Shown here: in pieces, positions 1-6,928 of the stretch
How the letters are laid out: each line of letters opens with the position of its first letter
Position numbering within the stretch: position 1 is the stretch's first letter
NCBI GenBank assembly: GCA_054661495.1
Contig: BAAFSQ010000424.1
Coordinates: 1 to 6,928, forward strand
Reading direction: 5' to 3'
DNA: 6,928 nucleotides
Source of the DNA: Zygophlyctis sp. KS116
Lineage: Eukaryota > Fungi > Chytridiomycota
Translations under genes and position numbers: made by a program
Notes under the pieces: model-generated
Told to the model about the DNA's origin: nothing
Databases searched by the model: none
Seen by the model: the letters and a program-made list of their open reading frames with translations, nothing else

Positions 1-2
1 TT

Positions 3-2258
3 AATGATCCCTTTATTAGGCAAAATACCACATTAGATCCGGATTTCTTGACTAAATTCTTTGCAAAGTCTAGATTACATCATTTAACAAGCTGGAAGCA
101 TGAGCTGATTGATTATGTTTCTCAAAATTTAAAAACTAAGAGTAGTAAATCTCAGAAAAAACTTTTTATGCATGTTGATTTGGATGCGTTTTTTGTGTCT
201 GTATCTCTATTGGATAAGCCGCATTTGAAAAATTCACCGGTAGTAATTGCTCATTCTACTTTTAATTCTGATGAATCTACATCTGAAATAGCATCTTGTA
301 ATTATGTTGCTAGAGGATTTGGGATTAAGAATGGAATGCGTTTGGCAAGCGCTAAAAGTAAATGTACAGATTTACAAGTTTTGCCATATGATTTTGAAAA
401 ATATAGAGAAGTTTCAAGAACATTTTTCAATGTATTGCTCAAATACGCTAACCAGATTCAAGTAAATTCATGTGATGAGGCTTTTATTGATGTTTCTAAT
501 CAGATTGAAATGGGACTTAACGTTTTAGAGGTTGGGGAAATCATAAGAAGAGAAGTTTTTGAAACTACTGGTAATTTAACTTTATAATTTATATAAGGAG
601 GCTGTACAGCATCTGTAGGCTGCGGCCCAAATATCTTATTGGCAAGGCTTGCAACTTATAAAGCAAAACCAAATGGCATCTTTTGGGTCAAAGAATCCCA
701 AGTCGAAATATTTCTAAAAGATGTTCCTATTGATCAGCTTCCTGGGATTGGATGGTCTAATCAGGAGAGGTTATCTGAAAATGGGATATATACTGTTGGT
801 GACTTGCGAAAAGTTTCTCGACAGGTGCTAAAAACCGATTATGGGCCTAAAACCGGTGAAATGATGCATCAATTTAGTAGAGGGATTGATGAAAGGGAAT
901 TGGAGAATAAAGGCCGACAAAGTCTGGGCGTCGACATCAACTGGGGAGTTCGGTTCCAAAATCAAAATCAAGTCTCCTGCTTTTTTAAAAGAATCACTGA
1001 TTATGTCTCGGAGCGTCTTCGGAACTCAAAGTTAAAAGCTTCTCATATAACTGTTAAAGCAAAGAAAAGATTGTATAAAGGTGAACCCGAAAAGTTCTTG
1101 GGATGTGGACATTGCGAAAATCTGTCAAAATCCAATACAATGCTGTTTACTGATGACAGTGATACATTATTCAATTTGGGTTACCCCCTACTCTGTAAAT
1201 TATCTGTGAATCCTGCTGATTTGCGAGGAATTGGCTTGTCGGTTAAAATGTTTGATCAGAACCATTCAAAGACTTCGCCAATTAAGAAAACAAATGAACG
1301 ACAAGAAACTATAGAAAAATATTTATCGCCAATTAAAGCCAGCACAATTCAGATAAATAGCCAATCATGCTTGCAAAATCTGAATGATATTGATCCAGAA
1401 ATCTTCAAACAATTACCTAAAGAAATTCAAAGAGAAATTATGGGGTCTGCAGAATGTTCAAAGCCACCCAATATTAAAGTGCAGAAGTTTAATTCTTTTG
1501 CAACTCCTCGGCCTAAATCCAAGGCCCCGAAGAAAGGATTTTTTGGTAACTCAAAAGGTCATTTTTCTCCTTTGGATGCTGCCTCACCTGAATTAATGTC
1601 TAATCCTGGACGGATGCAAATGAGCGACGCTGTTTCATTACCCAGTGATTATGATCCTAATGTTTTTAAAGCTCTACCTTCTTCTATTCAGCGTGAACTC
1701 AAGCAGGCTCATGGTATAACTAAATTAAAATCCAAAAAAGAGCTGGATATGGAAAGCCTCATGCCTTCTTCAAGTCAATTAGATCCTTCAGTACTAAATG
1801 AACTTCCTGAATCTATTAAGAAAGAAGTTCTAGGCTACAGGAAGCGGAGAGATACTATGTTTATGCAAAAGCTAAGAGGGGCTCAAACGAGCATCATTCT
1901 ACATGAACAGGAGTCCTCTGAAAATCTGGAAGTGTTTGATAATCCATATCCATCGTTAGGCGGTGAAACAGATCCTTTGACTATTTATAAGATATTAAAT
2001 GAATGGATTATATCTTCTCCATGTGTCCCTCAGCCTGAAGGAGTAATTGAATTAAAAACATATCTTGAAGATTTGGCCAAAGTTGGTGATTTGGTTCGGA
2101 TTAGAAATATTCTGCACTATTTAGAGAAGCGCCTGTGCATCAACAGTACAAAGGGCAAAACAAATTCGGCGTGGGATAGTATCTATTCTCAAATATACAA
2201 TTTCATACATCAAGTGATTACACAAAAATACGGCGCTCGTCTGGAAATGAAAGTATAG
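3..2258 (+). CDS. REV1: DNA repair protein REV1 (Y-family deoxycytidyl transferase), 5'-truncated by the window edge; exons <3..570 and 601..2258 (or 598..2258)
   Basis: The frame is open from base 3 (NDPFIRQNTTLDPDFLTKFF...). It has the Rev1 N-digit motif SRLHH, palm motif HVDLDAFFVSV, EIASCNYVARGFGIKNGM and catalytic SCDE. Splicing restores TTGCTASVGCGPNILLARLAT. Further motifs are LPGIGW, KFLGCGHC and DLRGIG, three UBM-like motifs, and a Rev1-CTD-like end (PSLGG...LNEWI...QKYGARLEMKV). The TTG starts given at 48 and 639 are internal Leu codons. Confidence 0.96.
571..600 (+). other. Spliceosomal intron in REV1 (30 nt; 27 nt if the AAG at 595-597 is the acceptor)
   Basis: GTAATTTAACTTTATAATTTATATAAGGAG has GT..AG ends, is very AT-rich and carries two in-frame TAA stops (585-587, 594-596). 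Removing it joins ORF 48..587 to ORF 639..2258 in frame and restores a conserved motif. Confidence 0.9.
1386..1829 (+). repeat. Three ubiquitin-binding motif (UBM)-like repeats within REV1 (about 1386-1439, 1647-1700, 1770-1829)
   Basis: The peptides DIDPEIFKQLPKEIQREI, DYDPNVFKALPSSIQREL and SSQLDPSVLNELPESIKKEV share the DPxhhxxLPxxIxxEh UBM pattern. Confidence 0.85.
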
Positions 2259-2273
2259 TTTATATAAATTATC

Positions 2274-5035
2274 TTAATTTAATGGCAAAGCTGCTAGAAT
2301 CACATCAATGTACTTTGTCGACCGATGTTTGGGTCTGCATAAATTAAGCATTTCACGTAGAAGGCCAGAAGGAACAACTTTAGCAGCAGCAAGGAATGCT
2401 TCACAGCAATCATCCTATATATTTTAGTATTAAAACAATCAGTTACTTGTATATTCTTATTCATATCGTCCAGGTGGATTGCCATTCCCTTGAGCATCGT
2501 TTCCCAGTGAACTGAATCTAATTTTATTTCTCTAAATCCACACTCTTGGGTATCATCTTTAATTGTCGTTGCTTCGTTTGCAAATTCTACCAAATGTTTC
2601 ACTGAACTCTGCCAGCGGCCTATGGCATCGAAAAAGGTTACAAAGGTTTTTAAAGCTTGTCGTCTGATATCATCTTGAGAATCATCCAACCGCTTTAACA
2701 GCTCAGGATATAGGATCTTAATTTGAGGTGCTATAATATTTTTACATAAATTAATTACCTTCGAAATCTAGATTTGAAAGAAGAATGTCCAAAATAACTA
2801 AATCTTCATGACGTGCCTTTTGAATATCTTCATCCAAATTTGAAATAATATTTGGGAGAATTCGTTTATCCAAGTGAGACATCAAACACTGCAGGTCTAG
2901 GCATCCGATCACATTTGGTACGTCCGATTTACAAGATAAAAATCTAAGAAAAAGTTCAGTTACAAAACTTCTGATCAACATGGCCTTTTTTCCTGCTTTC
3001 CACACTAAATTATTAATTATGATATTATTCAAAATCTGCTCAGTCCATAAATTAAGTTCTCTCTTAGAATTGAGTGTTGCAGTCGAATTTTCCATCAATT
3101 TGTTAAAAAGAGCGAAAACCCTGAAAATTATGAATTTAAAATTTGCAGTACCTGCTCTTGATTTCAAATTCAACATCTGTTTTAGCTAGTTCAGCGCATA
3201 AAAAAATTAATGTTTCTAATCTCTCACCCACAAAGGGACCTGACTGAATGGCAATTGTCGAAAAAAGTCGCTGCTCCGGAGAATATTTAGTCCAATTAGA
3301 GATAGAGTTTTTAAACTCCATCATAATTCTATCAAAGTACATAGCGGTTAAGGCTTGTACATCATCCAGAGCCAAGTGTTTTAACAGCAACGAAAAGTTT
3401 GATTGAACCTGCTCCATCAATTCATTATAGCCAACGACTGTTGAATCTCCTTCTGTACTTTTCAAATGGACCAAAATATAAAACATTGAATAAGAAACTT
3501 GCTGTTCAGAACGTAAAACCCCCATTTGAATTCCTAAAATTGAATTTAACACGTTTGATAATTCAGTCCTAAAGGAAATATTTTCATTTGATATAATTTC
3601 ATTCAGAGAAATCATCTCGACCACTTTTGAGATATGATCAACCGTCAATGATTGAACTTTAGTAGATCCATTTAAAAGATTTGCCAATACTTTTAGCGAC
3701 CCAATGAGAAACTGAATTGCTCCTCCACCCCCAGTTTGAATTTGAGGAATAATTAAATCAATATATATATCTGGAGACACAAATCGTCCAAGATTCTTGC
3801 ATAGGTTGACACACTTTTCTTGAATTCAAAAAAACGTACATTATTAATCACAACATGTTCATCACCAGCCATAATTTTATACAATGCATTTAAAATACTT
3901 GCAGTATATCCTGAAATTTTATCTTCTGTATAATCTAAAAAACTAGTCAAAATCTGTGCACTTTTTGATCTTTTTTCTGGAGTCCAATCTCCCAATCCTT
4001 CAACCATTTTTTCTACAATTTTCAAAGTATTATCTCTTGCCAAATGTCTACAACCTACACGAGGCCTATCTACCAACTGTTAATTTCTAGACTAACCATA
4101 CCAAGTCCTACATCTCTCCCATCTGAATAATCCAATTCATCCTTTACTCTAGACTCCCATTCCACTTCATACAACTTCCCAGCCTCATTTAAATAAAATC
4201 TTGACTTTTCTCTTAAACTAGGCATATCATCTTGTAAACCTGCCAAAAGTAATGGAAGTATTTTATAACCTATAGAATATCTATCAGGCAATTCTAATAA
4301 CCATTGCCCCACGACTGTATACAACCTTTCACGAACATTTCCAGTATTATCCAAAGTTAAAGACCACAACTGTATCACAGCAGCATCCAACCCCTCTAAA
4401 TTAACAATCATTGCAGCCTTTAGAGCCTGTAATCCCATAATTCTTACAGCCGAATGCCGATGTCCTAAACAAGGCAAAACCGACTTTACTATAGAATCCC
4501 CAAACATTCCCAAAGCTTTAGAATTTGATTTTGATAGTAACTCTACAATCCCACAAGCCTCCTTTTTCACACCTTGATAAGAATCCAACAATACCACTTT
4601 TAGTATTTCTACAACATGTTCTACATAATTATTAAAATCAGACTCTGTTTTAATAATTAATTCTTTTAGTAGTTTTAGCAACAAGAGTCTTATCTCTTCA
4701 GAAGTTTCAATTACAACTTCCTTATTTCCCAGTCTCTGTTGCAATGTAGGAATTATCAGCGCCAGTATTGGTATAATTGAGTCTTTTGAAGATTTTAGAG
4801 TAATTTCCAAGAGTAAATTACCAGCGGATTCTCTTAAACTTTCGACCGAGTCCGATAAACAGTAATTTAAAACTTTCAAGATTTCTCGATTTGAATTATT
4901 CAAAATTTCAGTTGTAGAATTAGAAATTTCAATTGAAATTCGTTGCATTGAATTCAATTTGACTTTTCTTGAATTCTCTTGAGTGAGAATATTCAAGTCT
5001 CTGGCTATCTTTGGAATTAATTCATTCATGAGCAT
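2274..5035 (-). CDS. DNAAF5: Dynein axonemal assembly factor 5 (HEAT-repeat protein HEATR2/DNAAF5); exons 5035-4102, 4069-3840, 3813-3152, 3120-2759, 2730-2447, 2414-2274 (2613 nt, 870 aa; alternative ATG at 5029)
   Basis: Five GT-AG introns join the five minus-strand ORF fragments and an unlisted last exon into one uninterrupted frame ending in TAA at 2276-2274. It is a helical HEAT-like sequence with motifs I recognise from DNAAF5: ETSEEIRL, HRHSAVR, WLLELPDRYS, RPRVGCR, GRFVSP, LVWKAGK, YPELLKRLDD, IHLDD and KHRS. Confidence 0.9.
2415..2446 (-). other. DNAAF5 intron 5 (32 nt, phase 0)
   Basis: GTAACTGATTGTTTTAATACTAAAATATATAG. Splicing gives HLDDMNKNIQ-DDCCEAFLAAAKVVPSGLLREMLNLCRPKHRSTKYIDVILAALPLN*, which contains the KHRS C-terminal motif absent from the supplied ORF. 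Confidence 0.88.
2731..2758 (-). other. DNAAF5 intron 4 (28 nt, phase 1)
   Basis: GTAATTAATTTATGTAAAAATATTATAG. The spliced product reads LDFE-A-PQIKILYPELLKRLDD. Confidence 0.9.
3121..3151 (-). other. DNAAF5 intron 3 (31 nt, phase 2)
   Basis: AG|GTACTGCAAATTTTAAATTCATAATTTTCAG|G. The spliced product reads EIKSR-VFALFNKL. Confidence 0.9.
3814..3839 (-). other. DNAAF5 intron 2 (26 nt, phase 0)
   Basis: GTACGTTTTTTTGAATTCAAGAAAAG uses the only nearby frame-compatible AG for this donor. The spliced product reads DEHVVINN-CVNLCKNLGRFVSP. Confidence 0.8.
4070..4101 (-). other. DNAAF5 intron 1 (32 nt, phase 1)
   Basis: GTATGGTTAGTCTAGAAATTAACAGTTGGTAG has a TTAAC branch-like motif about 10 nt before the end. 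The spliced product reads DVGL-D-RPRVGCR. Confidence 0.8.
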
Positions 5036-5087
5036 TCGACCGTCGACCGCCAAAATCAACGCCTAGTCTTAGGGCCGACCATCAGAA
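5036..5087. promoter_or_regulatory. Putative bidirectional promoter between DNAAF5 and RWDD1
   Basis: Only 52 bp separate the divergent ATGs (5035 and 5088). The spacer has 29/52 G+C and 6 CpGs against AT-rich flanks, with a tandem TCGACCG x2 and a third CGACC. Confidence 0.65.
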
Positions 5088-5810
5088 ATGAACCAAGATC
5101 AACAAGAAGAATTAGAGGCGCTATCATTCATATATCCAGATGAATTTGAATTATTATCTCCAAATTCTTGTCGGATTCGGATCAATTGGGATTTCATAGA
5201 AGAAATTCCAAATTCTCAAGATTTGCAACTGTTTTTAAGAGTTGAATTTCCTTTAGAGTATCCGGACATTGGACTAAATTTTTATTTGGAAAATCCAAAC
5301 GAAATTACAGAATCAGATTTAAGCAACTTAAATGATCATTTAATTCTAAAAATCCAGGAATTTATAGGACTAGCAATGGTGTTTAATCTAATTGAATTTA
5401 TTAAAGTCGATCTTATAGAAATAATCAAAGATCGGATTTTAAAAGAAATTGAAAAGGAAACGGAGCAAGTTATTATAGAAAAGAGAGCTGGGACAAGAGT
5501 TACGGTGGAATCATTTCAAAATTGGAAATCAAACTTTTCAAATGAAATATCTCAACTCTTGTCTAAAAATTTACAATTATCAATTGCACAATATGATTTT
5601 GCTATAATACATAAATTAAAAGAATCTGAAAAAAAAGTTACAGGAAGGCAATTGTTTGAAAAAGATGTTTCATTGGCAATGACAGATTTGAAATTAGTAG
5701 ATGAATCTGAAGGGGTTTCTGTTGATTTATCACTCTTTAAGGGATTACAAGGACTAGATTTGGAAGATTTGGAAGAAAATTCACATGTTTTAGCCTTGTT
5801 ATCAGAATAA
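5088..5810 (+). CDS. RWDD1: RWD domain-containing protein 1 / Gir2 (DRG family regulatory protein 2), 240 aa, intronless
   Basis: The N-terminal RWD domain shows EELEALSFIYPDEF, FPLEYP and GLAMVFNL. It is followed by the DFRP2-type motifs GTRVTVESFQNWKSNF and KVTGRQLFEKD and an acidic tail with VDLSLF. It starts at ATG and ends at TAA. Confidence 0.92.
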   Translation: MNQDQQEELEALSFIYPDEFELLSPNSCRIRINWDFIEEIPNSQDLQLFLRVEFPLEYPDIGLNFYLENPNEITESDLSNLNDHLILKIQEFIGLAMVFNLIEFIKVDLIEIIKDRILKEIEKETEQVIIEKRAGTRVTVESFQNWKSNFSNEISQLLSKNLQLSIAQYDFAIIHKLKESEKKVTGRQLFEKDVSLAMTDLKLVDESEGVSVDLSLFKGLQGLDLEDLEENSHVLALLSE

Positions 5811-5873
5811 ATTACTTAAACATGATTGATTGTAAGTATTCCAAATGTCTTTGACTATTCAATCAGTCCAAAA

Positions 5874-6813
5874 TGTAGGATCAATTCTAGGATCTGAACG
5901 TAAGACTTGAAGAATTTTTTTGATTATGATAATGGACTGCATTTCGGATTGCTTGATTGTTCTGGTCCGAAGGATCCACTCTGGGATGTGCCAGTAAGAG
6001 TTTTAAGGCTTTTAAATTACCCTTAGTGGCAGCCATGATAATTGCTTGGTTATTCTGGTCTGAAGGATCCACTCTAGGATCTGAAAGCAATAATCGAACC
6101 ATTTCGTTGCGTCCAGTTTCAATTGCACTAATAAGAAGAAAATTATCACCAAAAGAAGGATCAACTCTAGGATCTGAGAGTAAGAGCACAAGTATTTGAA
6201 TATGGTTATAGTTAACTGCAAATTGGATGGAATCATTATACTGGTCAGAAGGATCTACTCTAGGATCCGCGATTAAGAGTTGAACAATTTCAAGATTTCC
6301 CCTAGCGGCCGCATATATGATTGCTTGATTATTCTGATCTGAAGGATCTACTCTTGGATCTGAGAGTAAGAGTTGAGCCATTCCAAGATTTCCCCTAAAT
6401 GACGCCGTAATGATTGCATAGTTATTCTGATCTGATGGATCAACTCTAGGATCTGAAAGTAAGAGCTTGGCCATTTCTATATTTCCAGTTTCGGCTACAT
6501 GTCTTATTAGATAATTACCTTGAACTGTAGGATCAACTCTTCGATCTGAAAGTAAGAGCTGAAGAATTTGTATATGTTTATGGCGTACTGCAAATCGGAT
6601 CGCTTTATTATTCTGATCTGAAGGATCTACTCTAGGATGTGAAAATAAGAGCTGGAAGATTTCAAGATGACCCCCTGCGGTCGCGTTGATAATTGCTTGA
6701 TTTTTCTGATCTGAGGGATCCACTCTAGGATCTGAAAATAAGAGCTGAAATGATTCTAAATTTCCATTTTGAGACGCATTTATGATAGCATCGCTTTCTT
6801 CTTTTGAGGGATC
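5874..6813 (-). repeat. Coding tandem repeat of ten 93-bp units plus the start of an eleventh
   Basis: The + strand anchor GAAGGATC(T/C/A)ACTCTAGGATCTGA, with variants, recurs at 6806, 6713, 6620, 6527, 6434, 6341, 6248, 6155, 6062 and 5969 (exactly 93 bp apart) and at 5875 (94 bp). Confidence 0.93.
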
Positions 6814-6927
6814 TACGATTCCATCTTCAAGAATAATTTTAACCACATTAGCATCATGATTGAATTCATGAAACTTTATATATCCCGAATTGGGATCAAA
6901 GTCCGGATGGGCCAAAATATACTTTAA
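5887..6927 (-). CDS. Ankyrin-repeat protein of the 'LLLSDPRVDPS' type, 5'-truncated by the window edge; would end at 5859 if the A7 frameshift is corrected
   Basis: The frame is open to the window end (LKYILAHPDFDP...). It has ten 31-aa repeats with consensus DPSDQNNxAIxxAxxxGNLExxQLLLSDPRV, matching the ankyrin pattern AxxxGxxxhhxLLL but lacking the TPLH motif. No introns are seen. Confidence 0.88.
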   Translation of the reverse strand, partial: LKYILAHPDFDPNSGYIKFHEFNHDANVVKIILEDGIVDPSKEESDAIINASQNGNLESFQLLFSDPRVDPSDQKNQAIINATAGGHLEIFQLLFSHPRVDPSDQNNKAIRFAVRHKHIQILQLLLSDRRVDPTVQGNYLIRHVAETGNIEMAKLLLSDPRVDPSDQNNYAIITASFRGNLGMAQLLLSDPRVDPSDQNNQAIIYAAARGNLEIVQLLIADPRVDPSDQYNDSIQFAVNYNHIQILVLLLSDPRVDPSFGDNFLLISAIETGRNEMVRLLLSDPRVDPSDQNNQAIIMAATKGNLKALKLLLAHPRVDPSDQNNQAIRNAVHYHNQKNSSSLTFRS

Positions 6928-6928
6928 A

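Noticed and set aside
168-200. REV1 motif I reads DLDAFF rather than the more usual DxDCFF
   Set aside because: The catalytic Asp and the steric-gate Phe are retained, and Ala at this position is common in other Y-family polymerases, so it is likely a neutral variant.
585-596. In-frame TAA codons as evidence of stop-codon reassignment or readthrough
   Set aside because: They lie within a GT..AG AT-rich segment whose removal restores the conserved motif. TAA also terminates RWDD1 and DNAAF5 normally.
1384-1596. 70-aa alternative-frame ORF inside REV1
   Set aside because: It is a short shadow ORF with no recognisable motif.
48-2258. Bacterial DinB/UmuC gene split into two ORFs, or a pseudogene
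   Set aside because: The SRLHH N-digit, SCDE, UBMs and CTD identify eukaryotic Rev1, and the break is a clean GT-AG intron.
2980-3189. 69-aa + strand ORF
   Set aside because: It is an antisense shadow of DNAAF5 exon 4, with no independent support.
2300-5059. Five separate genes (an operon) or a frameshifted pseudogene on the minus strand
   Set aside because: Every break coincides with a frame-restoring GT-AG intron of 26-32 nt, giving one 870-aa protein.
5823-5865. Inverted repeat TGATTGA...TCAATCA between RWDD1 and the ankyrin gene
   Set aside because: It has only a 7-bp stem with a long loop in AT-rich DNA, which is compatible with chance. There is no target-site duplication or other mobile-element evidence.
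5957-6236. ORFs 5957..6199 (+) and 6012..6236 (-) with repeated peptides
   Set aside because: They are antisense and off-frame shadows of the 93-bp coding repeat.
5874-6813. CRISPR-like array (conserved block plus variable spacer)
   Set aside because: The period is a multiple of three within an open frame, the variable parts are homologous to each other, the context is eukaryotic, and no cas genes are present.

Overview
This is a eukaryotic, AT-rich and extremely gene-dense window with four protein-coding genes and almost no intergenic DNA. The first is the 3' part of REV1 (Y-family translesion polymerase, + strand, one intron). The second is a complete DNAAF5/HEATR2-like dynein-arm assembly factor (- strand, 6 exons, about 870 aa after splicing). 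The third is an intronless RWDD1/GIR2 (+ strand), head-to-head with DNAAF5. The fourth is the 3' part of a 'DPRVDPS'-type ankyrin-repeat gene (- strand) built from 93-bp units. The fragmented ORF track is explained by six ultra-short GT-AG introns of 26-32 nt. A motile-cilium gene plus tiny introns and this ankyrin family suggest a flagellated early-diverging fungus such as a chytrid (inference). Notable points are the tiny introns, a 15-bp gap between convergent stop codons, a 52-bp GC/CpG-rich bidirectional promoter, a higher-order periodicity in the ankyrin array, and a +1 frameshift in an A7 run that breaks the last ankyrin repeat. I see no clear evidence of a novel multi-gene system.
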